Positions 46,930 through 62,359 of a stretch of 64,000 nucleotides of DNA are shown one piece after another. Both the position numbers and the translations under genes were made by a program. The stretch is from the human T2T-CHM13v2.0 reference genome, Homo sapiens: assembly GCF_009914755.1 (NCBI RefSeq), contig NC_060933.1; one strand, written 5' to 3'. The stretch's first letter is position 1. Every line of letters begins with the position of its first letter. The notes beneath the pieces were generated by a model. That model did not search any database and was not told the DNA's origin. It was given only the letters and a program-made list of their open reading frames with translations.

Positions 46930-47100
46930 AGGCAGTCATTTCATTTTACCCGGAATCCCTCAGTGAAGGAGACTGGCCTTCCTATTGCTGCCCCAGTTTT
47001 GTAGACAAGAAAATTAAGAGCAAGTGTCCTCTTTTAAGGAGCCGAGGTCACGTGATAGGAGGAGTGCAGGATCAGAATCTCAGGGCCCTGGAGTCTCCGC
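46930..47100 (-). mobile_element. MIR fragment
   Basis: 'ccccagttttgtagacaagaaaattaag...ccgaggtcac' resembles the MIR core. Confidence 0.5.
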
Positions 47101-48506
47101 TGCCTCTGAGAGGGCTGCAAAGTGGAAGGCGGTTGGTAAGCTGGAGGTCTCAGACCTAAACGCTGGATCAAGCAAAACCACTTACACATGCACTTTTAGA
47201 ATAAGACCTCACTGCTTTGCCTCTCGTTAGAGGTAAGGTATGAATGGTAGAGTGCTGTTTAAATAGCATTGCCACCGGCCATTTGGCTTGGATGAGCCAG
47301 CAGGGAATTAGCAAAGCCTTTTATTTTAAAAACTACTTTAATCCATCAATTAGAATAATTAGTAACTAGAAGATATGCCTCCAATATTTTAGTAAAGGCA
47401 AATGAAAAGACACATCAATAGCTTATATTACAACTGATATTAAAATGCTTCAAACAACATTTTCAGGAGAATGGAACTGTTCTGTAGGCCTCGTGAACAT
47501 AAAATTTAACTTAATTACTCTTAAAAATATCTTAACTTTAAGTCAAATTATCACCCCACACCCCATCCCAACAAGTGCCTCCCCTTATCCCGCAGGACCC
47601 ACGTTCACATTAGACTCAATGCTCGCAGGCTGGAGGAAGCTCCTGCTGGATTGCTAATAGTTGCTCCTAGAGTCCATCCATCCTCACTCCTAGCAAGAGA
47701 GCAGCACGTGCCCAGAAAGCCCAGGCCCTGCAACTTTCCTCCCACAGGAGTGTCTGAGCGTGCATGACAAGTGCTCCTGAGACAGGACTCAGCCCAGAGA
47801 GATCAGGGCACGGCGTTCGGCCCTCCCGCCAGGGCAGCCTGGCCCTAGGCAAGGTCGGGAGATCATGCAGGCTGAAAAGTCCTGATCCCAGGCCGAGAAG
47901 GGAGGGGTGAAGGTTCATCTCCCACAGCACTGGAACAGCCCTTTCCATGGAACAGTGACCTCCACCCCCAGTTTCCTGCCCCCAGTGGCAGGGTAAGCAT
48001 CTTAGAGAAGGAAGGGACACCCAGGGGCAATCAGCCTGCCTTTGCTGGAGGAATGCTTCTCCCCAGCGGGGAGCAGTGTGAACAGGCTTCCTCCTCTGGC
48101 TGCTGGTTTACGGACATCATGACATGGTGGCATGGATGAGGGGAATGGGGGTGGTATGGGGGAGAAGCATCTGGAAGCAGAGGACCAGCGTAACTACACA
48201 ACTCTGGGATGCTACCTCAGAGAGGAGGGACCAGGGCGGCCTTGGGGTCAGCACCCCCAAGAGACACTGCTGCACAGAAGTCTGATACACCTGCCGGCCG
48301 GGTGAGGCACCGGGGCCGCACCACCAGAATGATCCTGGGGCTCTGGGTTCCAGGAGCCCCCAGTGAGCCAGAGAGGCAGAAATAAACAGGTTCCAGAGGT
48401 TACCCATAAAATCTTGGAATGCTAGGTCTTCCTAGCATTTGTTGGGACTTCCCAACAAAAAGTAAATTTAAAAGAAAAACGAATTGTCCTTGTAACCCAT
48501 AAATAA

Positions 48507-48772
48507 GCTGGGTGCAGTGGCTCAAGCCTGTAATCCCAGCAACTCAGGAGGCTGAGGTGGGCTTGAGGCCAGGAGTTTGAGACCAGCCTGGGCAACATGG
48601 CAAGACCCTGTCTCCACGAACAAAGTAAAATTAGCCAGGCATGGTGGTGTGTGCCTGTAGTCCCAGCTACTTGTGCAGCTGAGGCAGGAGGATCACCTAG
48701 CCCAGCAGGTGGAGGCTTCAGTGAGCTGTGGTTGCACCACTGCACTCTAGCCTGGGCAACAAAACGAGACCT
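48507..48772 (+). mobile_element. AluJ lacking a poly(A) tail
   Basis: J diagnostics; ends at ...gagacctt without a tail. Confidence 0.88.
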
Positions 48773-48806
48773 TAATATGCTCAAAATGCTGTAAGTTAAA
48801 TTGCAT

Positions 48807-49175
48807 GTCTGGGCTAAATTGTGTTCCTCCAAAATTCACAGGCTGAAGCCCTAACTCCTAGTACCTTAGAATGCATTTGGAGACAGACTTTTAAAGAGGA
48901 GATTAAGGTAAAAACAAGGTCATATGAGTGGGCCCTACCCCAACCTGACTGGTGTCCTATAAGGAGAAGAGATGACACAGACACACACAGAGGGACGACC
49001 ACGTGATGAGTCAGGGAGAGGACAGCCAACTGCAAGCCAAGGAGCAAGGCCTCAGGAGAAACCAACCCTGCTGACACCTTGATCTCACACTTCCACCTCC
49101 AGGGCTGTGAGAGAATGAACGTTGTTTAAGCTGCCCAGTCTGGGGTACTTACGGCAGACTGAGCTGACAAATACG
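48807..49175 (+). mobile_element. MaLR solo LTR (MLT1B-like)
   Basis: 'ggcctcaggagaaaccaaccctgctgacaccttgatctc' and 'gttgtttaagctgcccagtct'. Confidence 0.88.
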
Positions 49176-49214
49176 ATGTCCTTGTCTGAGGCTCTACCTC
49201 CTAAACAGATGGCC

Positions 49215-49445
49215 CATAACAATGGCAATTCCCAACATGCACTGAGATGCTTGCTGTGCTGGCTGCCTCACTGCTCAAGCTCATAGAGTCCCCACAACAG
49301 TCCCATGCCAGGGGTATTATTTTAACCATCCACAATGGACGAGGAACAAATTCCACCATTCTCTACTAAGGTACTCACTTGAGGTCACCCTACTACTGGT
49401 AAGTGGCAGGGCCCCTGCCTTGAGTCTCCAGAATCCGTGTTCACT
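49215..49445 (-). mobile_element. MIR fragment
   Basis: 'cccacaacagtcccatg...tattatt...gacgaggaac...cttgaggtcac...gtaagtggcag'. Confidence 0.5.
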
Positions 49446-50687
49446 CCCAGAGCCTGTGTTCACTCCCATCCCCTAAAACAACCCCTTCACCAGGTGCCCA
49501 TGCACACTTATGTGCAGTGTGGCAGAGAGGAGACTAGACCATGGCTCCTGAACCTGCCATCTTGTTTCACGAGTGACCATCGGGGAGGCCACCCAGCCTG
49601 CAGTCATCACCTCCTCCCCTCCCATCCAACTACACAGGTCTAACCATTTTTAGAATCCTACACATATTACAGAAACAATTTCCTAAGCAACATGAAGGCA
49701 GCCTTCCCTTTTGCACAGGAACCACCCGCAGCCAGGCTTGACCTCACTGGGCAGGCGGTGGGGCCTCGCCGCCCCGCCACTCCAGGTCCCAGCTTGGAGC
49801 AAGGGCTTTGTGACTGCCAGGGCTTCGGCAGGATTTTTACACAGCCTTGCCTTTATGAGCAACTGCGACCAGCATGAGGAACTGAGTCAACTAAAAACAC
49901 ACTTTTTAAAAACATTCCAGTAGGTCGTGTTCTACAGCAAGAGACTCGCAGGCACCATGAGAAAAAGGCCTTTATAAATCCAGGGCCTGTGTGCAGAGCA
50001 GTGCCTGACTGCGTCAGGAGTGAGATGTTACACACCGGCTGCTAGGCAGGACCCAGGACGAGGGGGTGGCAAGCCCGGAGGCAGGCCCCTGTCTTCTGGG
50101 CCGGCAGGAGCAGGCAACTTCCTCCCTGAGGAGCTTAAATCCCCTCCCCTCCGCCCCCTCCCCACAGCTCCCAGCGATCAATCTCCCTGGGAGGGGCCTG
50201 GAGCCACAGGGCAGCCCTTGTTTCCCTGCAGGTTCAACAATCTGGTTTTCATTGAACGGAGTATTTAGCGCTCTCCCACCACATTTTTCTTTAATTATGA
50301 TAAAAGAGAGTAACTTAATCAAGCATAAATCCTGTTGAAATGAACAGGAGAAAATAAAGGGGTTAACTTGGAGAAGGAGGGGGAGAGGGTGGAAACGACG
50401 ACCACAGGTCCTCCGGATTTAGGCCGCCAAGCCCAGCAAATAAAAACCAAGGCTGCTTCCCACCCAGAATCCGGTCCTAATCCTCCCGCTGGAAGAAGAA
50501 ACAAAGGTTGGCCATGGCCTGCTCCACTGAAGCACCTGGGGAACAAAGACCACGGTTCACCAGGCTGTGCCCAAAGACAGGACCCCGAGTTCCTACAGCT
50601 TCCAACCTGGGCTCCTGTGCCCCACACCGAGGGCTAACTGAGGTGGGGGTGCGGGTAACTGCTGGCAGCTCACCTGGGCCATGAGAA

Positions 50688-50868
50688 GGCACAGGCACAC
50701 CTGCACACACGCATGCATCCACACGGGCATACACATCTAAGCACAGGCACACACATGCAGGCACCTGCGTGCACACAGGCACACACACGAACGCACAAAC
50801 ACACACACATTCACACAGGCATACATTCACACAGGCACACACAGGCGCGCACAGGGCACACACCCCAC
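50688..50868 (+). repeat. Degenerate (CA)/(GCAC)-rich block
   Basis: Low-complexity cacacaggcacac units. Confidence 0.9.
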
Positions 50869-50872
50869 AGAG

Positions 50873-51023
50873 CAGTGGTTCTCAAAGTGCCCAATGAGGA
50901 GCAGCGGCTGCAGCCCCAAGGAAGTCCTTAGAAAGGCAGAATCTCAGACTCACCCAGATCTGTGGGTGGGGCCAGGCATTGTGTACTTAACAAGCCTTCT
51001 GGGCTACAATTTGAGAACTGCTA
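50873..51023 (+). mobile_element. MER5A (hAT-Charlie)
   Basis: Terminal inverted repeats cagtggttctcaaa...tttgagaactgc; internal ttagaaaggcagaatctcag. Confidence 0.8.
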
Positions 51024-51129
51024 GGGCGGCTCATTAACGTGGAGGCAAAGTAATGAGTTGAAAAACAAGATCACAATATTGTCACTTCGCTTAAGGACAC
51101 ATTTTGTGTGTGCACTACAGCTCACAGGC

Positions 51130-51857
<728 letters not shown>

Positions 51858-51958
51858 TAAGAAAGATCTGAAGGCGGCAAGGGTATTTTTTGGAGTGTTC
51901 CAGACTGTGGTCCTGGGAACAATTAACAACAGTCTCTTTTGGAAAAAAACATGTTTCA

Positions 51959-52316
<358 letters not shown>

Positions 52317-52842
52317 TCACAAAGAAAAGCACAACTAGAAGACCCAGCCCCGTTGAGCCCACACTGGAGATGCCAGGGTGTGCTCAGTCCTGCGGGCCTG
52401 GACGCTGCTCCGGATGAGTAAGGGAGCTCGTCCTGAAAACAAGCACAGGCAGGGGCCTCTCTTGGGGAGGCGAGTGGGGACCCCAGTTGGCATGGTCTGA
52501 GGAAGGCACAGGGAGAAACAGGAGCCCTCTCAGGAAAGGCTCGGTTCCAGGCCCTTCCCATCAGGCACTGACCAGGTTAGACCTTCGCCATCTGGGAGAG
52601 GGAAGGGTGAGAGAGAAGCTGTGGGGTTCCCTTGAGAGCAGGCCAGGAGACAACGGGCATCCTTAGCAGAGAAGCCCTCGGCAGCGCTTGGTGACTCCCT
52701 GATTGTGAAAGAAACTGAAGCACCCCAAGGCTCCCTGGATGAATGGGGGATCTCATGAGAAACAGGGGAGTTTCCCATGAGAAACGGTGGCTTGAGGGGG
52801 AAGATAGTCCATCTTTGAGCAAGCACATGCCAACGGACAAAA

Positions 52843-53328
52843 TGTATTAGTCAGAGTTGGCCAGAGAGACAGAGCCAATAGGATGTACATATGGAAATGC
52901 ATGAGAGGGGATTCATTTGGGGAACTGGCTCACAGCGATCATGGAGGCTGAAAGACCCACAATACGCAGTCGGCAGTCTGCAAGCTGGAGACCCGGGGAT
53001 GCCGGGGCACAGCTCAATTCAAGGCCAAAGGCCTAAGAACCCAGGGAGCCATGTGTGAGTCCTAGAGTCCAAAGGCTGGAAGGCCTGGAGTACTAACGTG
53101 TGAAGGCAAGAGGAGGGTGTCTCAGCTCCGGGAGAGAGACACCTTTTTTGTTCTATCCAGGCCCATTGGATGGTGCCACTCACATTGAGGGCAGATCTTC
53201 CCTACTCAGTCCACCAACTCCCACGCCAGTCTCCTCTGGAAACACCCTCACAGACACACCCAAAGGTAATGCTCTACCATTCTCTAGGTACTCCTTAGTC
53301 TAGCGGACACCTAAAATTAACCATCACT
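52843..53328 (-). mobile_element. ERVL solo LTR (MLT2B-like)
   Basis: tgtattagtcag...ccagagagacagagccaatagga; ggaaacaccctcacagacacaccca; aaaattaaccatcac. Confidence 0.88.
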
Positions 53329-54459
53329 TGTATATACAAAACGAATATACAAAAATCATTTGTATTTCTATATGCTAGCAATAAACGATGTGAAAATGAA
53401 ACCAAGTTAACTCCATTTACAATAGCATTAAAAAATAATATATTACTTAGGAAGAAATTTAATCCTCCCAAAAAAGTACAAGGCTTACACTCTGAAAACT
53501 ACGAACATTGTTGAAAGAAATTTTTTAAAGATCTAAATAAATGGAAAAATATCCTGTGTTTATGGATCAGAATACTTAATACTGTTAAAGATGGAAATAC
53601 TCCTCAAATTTTTCTATAGATTGAACACAACCCCAACCAAAATCCTCACCTATTTTTTGAGGTTTTGTTTTGTTTTGCAGAGATTGACCTGCTGCTTCTA
53701 ATTCATATGGAAATGTGAGGAACACAGAATAGCCAAAACAATGTTGAAAAAAATAAAAGGAACTAAGTTGGAGGACTCATAGACTTCTCAGTAACTGAAG
53801 TAGTATGGTACTAGTATAAAATTAACATACAGATCTACAGATGAGTGGAATGGAGGTCCAGAAATAAACCCTCACATTTATGGCCAGCTGATTTTTGACA
53901 AAGTTGCCAAAACAATGCCAGAGAAAGAATAGTCTCTTCAACAATTGGTATTGGAATAAATGAACATCTGCACACAAAGGAATGAAGTTGGAGCCCTTCC
54001 TCACTAAGTACACAAAAATTTACTCAAAATGCATCACAGGCCATGTAAGCACTAAAACTATAAAACTGTTAAAAGAATACAGTGTACCTTTTCATAACCT
54101 TGAGTTAAACAGTTTCTAAGAAATAATACCAAAAGACAAAGCAACAACAAAATACATAAATTAGGTTTCATCAATATTAAAAACTTGTGTGCTTCAACAG
54201 ATAACATTAAATAAGTAAAAAGACACAAAATGGGAGAAAGTACTTTCAAAGTATATATTTGTTAAGGGATTTGTATTTAGATTATATAAAGAACGCTGTT
54301 ATGGACTGAATGTATCCCCCCCACCCCAAATTCTTATCCCTAATGCCCAATGTGATGGCATTTGGAGATGGGGCTTTGTGGAAGTCATTAGGTTTTAGAT
54401 GAGGCCCTAAGGGTGGGGCCCCCATGATGAGATTGGTGCCCTTATAAGAAGAAGAAGAA

Positions 54460-55097
<638 letters not shown>

Positions 55098-55588
55098 AGA
55101 GAAAGAGAAACCAGAGCTTGCTCACCCTCCACCATGTGAGGACACAGCAAGAAGGCAGCCCTGAAATCTTCCAGCACCTTGATCTTGGATTCCCAGCATC
55201 CAGAACTGTGAGAAATACATTTCTGTTGTTTAAGCCCCCCAGTCTACGGTATTTTGTTATGGCAGCCCAAGCTGACTAATCCAAACACAACTAAATAGTA
55301 AAAAAGGCAACTCTGTCAAAATATGGACCTGAATAGTCATTTCTCCAAAGAAAACACATAAATGGCAAATAAGCACATGAAGAAATGTTCAACATCATTA
55401 GCCATCCGTGAAATGCCAATCAAAACCACAATGAGATACCATACTTCACACCTACTAGTTCGCTTATAATAAAAAAGACACACAATAACAAGTGTTAGTG
55501 AGGATGTGCAGAAAGTGCAAGCTTATATGCTGCTGGTGGGAATGTAAAATGGTACAGCGCTGGGGCAAACAATCTGGCAGTTCTTTGG

Positions 55589-55727
55589 GCCAACAAGCCC
55601 AGCTAATTTTTACATTTTTCTTCTGTGGAGACAGGGTCTCAGTATGTTGACAAGGCTGGTTCTGAACTCCTGGCCTCAAGTGATCCTCCCGCCTTGGTCC
55701 CCCGAAGTGCTAGGATTGCAGGCATGA
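55589..55727 (-). mobile_element. Internal AluJ fragment with no tail and no 5' end
   Basis: Linker and left arm only, embedded in the L1 between 'ctggcagttct' and 'gttaagcacagagttacc'. Confidence 0.85.
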
Positions 55728-55874
55728 AGGTTAAGCACAGAGTTACCAGAGGACTCTGCCTATTCCACTCATAGGTATACAACCAAGAGAAATGAAAACA
55801 TAAAAATGTAGATAGGAACATTCACAGGAGCATTATTCATAATAGCCAAAAAGTAAAAACATCCCCACTGTCTA

Positions 55875-55898
55875 TAGATAGATAGATAGATAGATAGA
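55875..55898 (+). repeat. (TAGA)6 microsatellite
   Basis: Direct inspection. Confidence 0.95.
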
Positions 55899-55908
55899 AA
55901 TGTGGTAA

Positions 55909-55965
55909 TATATCCCAGAACTTAAAGTAAAAGAAAAGAAAACAAAAACAAAAACAAAAAACAAA
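55909..55965 (+). mobile_element. Ultra-short 5'-truncated L1PA 3' terminus with A-rich tail
   Basis: tatcccagaacttaaagta plus A-rich tail; TSD agaaatgtggt/agaaacgtggt. Confidence 0.75.
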
Positions 55966-58523
55966 AGAAACGTGGTGTATCTGTACAGTGAAAGATGATT
56001 TAGCCATTAAAACAGGCTACAACATGGATGAAGCTTGGGAACCTTATGCTCAGTGAAAGAAGCTAGAGACAACAGACCACATATTGCACGACTCCATTTA
56101 TATGAAATGTCCAGAATAGGCAAATCCATAGAGATGGAAAGGAGATTCGCAGATGGCTGGGCCTGGGGGGAGATAGGAGAAAGGGGGCTATGACTGATGG
56201 GCATGGTTTTCAGGTGATTATAATGTGCTAAAATTGATTGTGGTAATGGTTGCAAAACTCTGTGAATATACTAAAAACCACTGGGTTATAGACTTTAAAT
56301 GGTGAACTGCATGATACATGAGTTGTATCTCAAAGTGTAAATATAAAAATGACTAATTTGGAGATGCTGGAAATGGGAAGGGAAGGGGAACAGATTCCGG
56401 CAACATAAAAACTAGAAAGACACACAAGGAAGCAGACGCAGAAACAAAGTGGAAAATAAGGTGGGTTCAGGAAAAGATGCAGGCGGGCTTAGTTTGGGAG
56501 ATAAACTCCTGGACCCCCTTAAATATGCAAGGGTCCCATCCTTAACCTCATGTGCAGACTAATTTCCTTTTCCACTGCACACCTCTGTGTTCCCCGAATT
56601 CAAATTCGACAGGAAAGGCCCCAGGATTCCTGTTAGATTATGTGAATTACTGGACACTGCACCCAGGGAAAGAGATCCGCCTGTTTCCATCCACCTATCA
56701 GTGATTCTGGCCAGAACAAGGCTTGGTTCTTGCAATGAAGAGAATCCTAAGTCCTGCCACAAGTCCACAAGCCCACGCTGGGCCCCAAGTCCACCTGTCC
56801 CTCAGGAGGCCAGGAACACGAGCCATGGACAGAGACAGGGGAGGGGATAAGGAGCACTGTCAACACACATGGAGAAGGAATGAACAATCCAGCCCTGCTA
56901 CACAATCTTAATTATGACTTAAACACATTAGGATTTTCTTGCCAAATTTTGCAGAGACGCTGCCATAGATCAAAGCATGTGGAAGGCTTCTGGCCAGGAC
57001 TGCAACACAAATCAAGACAATCAGCAACCCTGCCAGAGCGATCACTCACACCCACTCTCTCCTTCCATATGTGAGTCTCAAGAATCAACTGCTTCCCACG
57101 TCCATGCTGGCATGTCAGAAGGGACCAGGGGGCCAGGATATTTTCAGGATGTGCTCATTTTAGACAATAACTTATTAAAGATAGGTAACTTTCACCATAA
57201 CTTGAGCACAGAAAAAAAGTAACAAGATAAATTACATCTTGGTTGGTCCAACTGTAGCATATGTTTTATTTAAGCAGATGTTGCACACCCCTTTACATCT
57301 TCCTTCTCTCTGAAGGGAAAGGGGGATGATCAGAAGATAAAGTGCTGTCACATCACTTTAGCGGACGGGCTTCTTCAAGTGGCAAGTTTAAATGGACACA
57401 GTACTCCCCTTAGCCAGGAAGTTTTATACTTTGCAAAATGCTCACCTCAACAGCAAAGTCTTCAATAGAGTTCTCTGTAATCTACAAAATCCTCAATGTG
57501 AAAGCTAAGGCTAAAAGTTTTTTTTTTGCAGTATACTTTTCAAATACAGTAATTCTACACAGCAATAAAGAGCTTAAGAGATCTCCACGAGTTCTTTCAC
57601 AGGACAACAAAGAAAGAAACCACATGAAGGCACTTGCTGCTCTTAAGCCCATCAGCTGGCAGGTTACACACTTCCAGCCAGCGCTCTTCACTCGGTTACA
57701 GTGACGCCTCTCCTACTCTGGGACTCTGCTTAAGAAAACAGTCTCCAGATTAGAGACACTCAAGGAATCAAATGACCCAACTGTGAAACCACGTTTTGGC
57801 TTTCTTTAATGTATCTGAAAAATAACATGACTGTAGTATCATTAGTTTTCCTCCTCTACAGAAATTAGAATACCAAAACATTGGCTTTGTAGGAGTCAAC
57901 ATAGGGAAGGGAGACAAGTCATTTCATTTTTAAAAGCACACCAAGTAATCAAAAGCAGTTAGGTAAATACCTTATTCTAAGCAAGGAAGAGATACAAATT
58001 TGCAGATCAGTCCTTTGTCATTCCTTTAAAAAGGGCCATGACAATATTTCATTTTCAAAATATGGGCCCAAGGCCATTTATTTTAAATGAAATACTACAA
58101 AACTATGGATTAAGTCCTACTTTAATTTTTGGTTGGAGGCATGGGGGTGAGGAAGTGAAGTGAAAACAAGGTGGCTTATTTGGGGGCCACATCAACCTGC
58201 CTAAGGTGACTTCTGAAAGAAGGGAAGAGCTCAGTCAGCATTGCCAGTGATGTTCAACAGGGCCCCACCTCCAAAAAATAGAATACAAAAGGTATTTTCT
58301 TTAAACTGCTCCAGAGGATATATGACTCTAACATGGGATGTTATCCAAATTTAGCTACACATATTGAATAAATGACACTTTCTGAATTACCTAAATCAAA
58401 TTACTCCAGCCAGGTGCGTGGTACAATATTGGCATCACAGTGAAAATGATTTACAGTGAAACAGCCAAAGAAGAAATAGTGATATTCTTCCCTCTGCCCA
58501 AATCCAACCCTGCCAGCTGCATG

Positions 58524-59019
<496 letters not shown>

Positions 59020-59024
59020 TAAAG

Positions 59025-59260
59025 CGTGCTTTCCACAGCAGAATAAACTTGCTGCACTGAACAGTAAGGGAGCCACCAGACATATGGGGCTACTAAAATT
59101 TAAATTTTAAAATTTAAATTAATTAAAATTAAAGAAGATTTAGAATTCCATTAGCCCATCCCACATTTCAAGAGCTTAATATTGCCACATAAGGCTAACA
59201 GCTACCATACGCAGATACAGAATATTTCCATTTTCCCCAAAAGTTCTATGGGGCAGAACT
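59025..59260. mobile_element. MER33/MER3-like hAT-Charlie element
   Basis: 'aaatttaaattaattaaaattaaa', 'cacatttcaagagcttaat', 'agaatatttccat...aaagttctat'. Confidence 0.7.
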
Positions 59261-59429
59261 GACAACGGAATCTAGTAATTTAATAACCCAATTTTGGGGA
59301 GAAAATGGAAAGGATTTTGAAACCATCTGAAATCTGCACATCCTCCTCAAAATAGGGTTGGTGCTACTTGCTTGAAAACCACATAGAAAATAAAATTTGT
59401 AAATTACTCTGATCAAAATATCTTGAGGG

Positions 59430-60070
59430 TTCTGGTTCTGGACAAGATACATACAGTCGGCATATTCTGCCCACATCTCCCATGAATGGAGCTATAAAAC
59501 CTGGAACGAATAGGGGAGCACTTCTTTAGGGACTCCTTAGCATCTCCAGGTTTGAACTTAACATAGTCCCAAACTCATACAAGGGCATCAGCACAGAAGA
59601 GAGCTTCCAGAGGAGGCTTCCAGCTCTGCTGGAGCAGGGTGAAGATAAGTATATCTTTCCCCACTAAAAGAGCACAGAAAGCATGGTTCTTTTTTCATTT
59701 TCTTTCTTTTCTTCATTCTCTTGCGCTCCAGTCCCCATCCAGTGATGGTGGAGGTGGCAACAAGTAACTGCAGTAGCTTAAAACCCTGAGAGATAACTTA
59801 ATTCTGCAATTGGAGGAGCTGGGGTCTCAAGAGGTGGTCAAACTCCATTGCTGTTTTTTCTCTCTGTGTCCTCAACTGTTTTTCTGAGACGTGGACATAG
59901 TCAAGGTGAGTATGCAGCCAAACAAGGGAACTAAAACCCAAGATGTTGGGCTAGAGGACTGAAATGGGTGTTTTAAGGAACTTGAAAATACCAGGGAGAT
60001 GATGGAGAAGGGAAAACTCAGAAAAGTGACCCTTTAAAGTTGTTTACAAGTTCCTGAGACCACCCATGAG

Positions 60071-60124
<54 letters not shown>

Positions 60125-61310
60125 CTGACCCTAAGCAGATGTTGAGAACAGAACTGCACAGCAGAACACCACCCCCGTCCCAGTCTGGCCACAGTGTGGC
60201 ACACATGTGGGACAGATCCAAGAGCACTATAGAGGCTTTGAAAGTAGAACCGGCATTGGGACTGCAAACACGGAAGGCTGTTCGGAACTTGCAGCCTGAA
60301 CCCAAACAGACTGACTGCCCGTAAAACAGTATCAACATTCCCCACAACGGCTGAACAACACCCAGAGTCTCACCACCAAAATCTAATATTCAAAATCTCC
60401 ATGATGCAATCCAACATTACTCAACATACAAAGAACCAGGAAAATCTCAATCAATGGACATTAGCAATAAGATGTCACAGATGTTGGAATTATCTGACAA
60501 AGACTTCAATACAACTATTATAAAAATTGCCAACAAGTAAAGCACTTTGGAAACAAACAGAAAGATAAAATGTCTCAACAAAAAACCCCCAGAAAATATA
60601 AAAAAGAGAAAACTGAAAATTTTAGAAGGAAAACATATAATAACTAGAAGAAAAACCTCAATGAAAGGGATCAATGGGAATAAGGACAGAGAAGTGTCAA
60701 TAAAAATTATACAAGGTGAACAAAAGAGAAAAAAATTGAAAAGAAATAAACAGATCACTTCTGTGGGACAAAATGAAATGGTCCAACATTTATATCCCCA
60801 GATTCCCAGAAGAAGAAGAAAAAAAGAGTGACGAAGTGACTAAGAACTTTATAAATGTGGCAAAAAAATGTAAACCCACAAAATAAATTTGGTGAATCCC
60901 CAAAAAGATAAGCCCAAATAAATCTACATCCAAACACAGAATAATCAAACTGATGAAAATTAAAGACAAACGGAAAAAATCTTAAAAGCAATCAGAGAAA
61001 AACACGTTATTTATAGAGGTAAAACTATTTTAAAGTCTGCAGATTTCTCGTTAAAAACAATGAAGGCCAGAAGGATGTGGCACAGACTATTTAAAGTGCT
61101 CAAAGACACAGACAATCAACCCAGAATTCTATACCCAGTGAAAACATCACTAAGGGATGAAGGTGACATTCTCAAATGAAGGAAAGCTAATAGAACTCAC
61201 TGTCAGCAGACTTGCAGTGGAATAAGCGCTGAAGGAAGTGCTTCATGCAGAAGGGAATTAATACCAGAAAGAGAACTTGGACCACCAGGAATGAAGGAAG
61301 AACAAAAATG
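59430..61310 (+). mobile_element. Ancient L1M 5' UTR and decayed ORF1
   Basis: 60976-61165 translates to KILKAIREKHVIYRGKTILKSADFSLKTMKARRMWHRLFKVLK...QPRILYP, typical of the L1 ORF1p C-terminus. Confidence 0.85.
60074..60122 (+). repeat. (TG)24 microsatellite
   Basis: Perfect run. Confidence 0.97.
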
Positions 61311-61319
61311 ATGAAGTGG

Positions 61320-62255
61320 CAGTCTCACACATCAATGTTGGGAATGCAGTCTGGAAAACAGTTTGGCTGTTTCTTATAAAGTTAATCATACACTTATGTC
61401 ACCAGTAATCCCACTCCTAGGTATTCACCATAGAGAGAGGAAAACATATGCTCTCACAAAAACCTACACGTGAATATATTTTTTTTTTCCTTTTTAGAGA
61501 CAGAGTCTCGCCCTATCACCCAGGCTGGAGTGCAGTGACACAACCATAGCTCACTGCAGCCTGGAACTACTGAGCTCAAGTGATCCTTTGGCCTCAAACT
61601 CCTGAGCACCTGGGACTGCAGGCACGTGCCACCACACCCAGTGAATTTATTATACATTGTTCTGGAAACAGAGTCTCAATAAATTCCAGGCTGGTCTCAA
61701 CTCTTGGCCTCAAGCAATCCTCCCACCTCAGCCTCTCAAGTCACCAGGATTACAGGCATGAGCCACCATGGCTAGTTGTGTACAGGCATATTAAAGCACC
61801 TCTATCTATAACTGGCAAAAACTAGAAATAACCCAAATGCCCTTGAACAGGTGAATGGATAAGCGAACTGTGAACCCCTATACAATGAAATACTGCTTGG
61901 CAATAGAAAGGAATGAACTATGGGTAACTGCAACAACTTGGGTGAATGGCAAAGGTATTATGCTGAGTGAATAAACAAGTCTAGCTCAGAAAGTTAAATA
62001 ATGTATGATTCCACTATTGACATTCTTAAAAAGACAAAGCTACTATAGGGACAGAAAAAAAGACAAGTGGTTGCCAAGGCTCGTGGGTGGAGGTAAAGGC
62101 AACTCTAAAGAGGTACCACAAGGAAGCTGCAATTGCTCCATATCCCGATTTTAGCAGTGGCTATACAAAGCTACCCATACTTGTGTTAAAATTCATAGAA
62201 CTACATATCACAAAAATCTATTTCGGTGTACTAACTTAACTAAAATTTTAAAAAA
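61320..62255 (+). mobile_element. L1ME/L1MD 3' end, split by an AluJ
   Basis: 'tctggaaaacagtttggc', 'aatcccactcctaggtatt', 'aacaggtgaatggataa', 'aaaattcatagaact'. Confidence 0.8.
61479..61777 (-). mobile_element. AluJ
   Basis: Diverged antisense Alu. Confidence 0.88.
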
Positions 62256-62359
62256 TCTTCCTCAGGAACTTTTTTAAGAAGAAAAAAAAATAAGCATTCA
62301 TAAAAGTTATCTAAGTCAAGTATCCTGTTAAAATGTGTGTCTATTCCTGCAAGATATTG

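Noticed and set aside
59095-59135. AT-rich palindromic stretch
   Set aside because: Normal internal part of MER33-type elements
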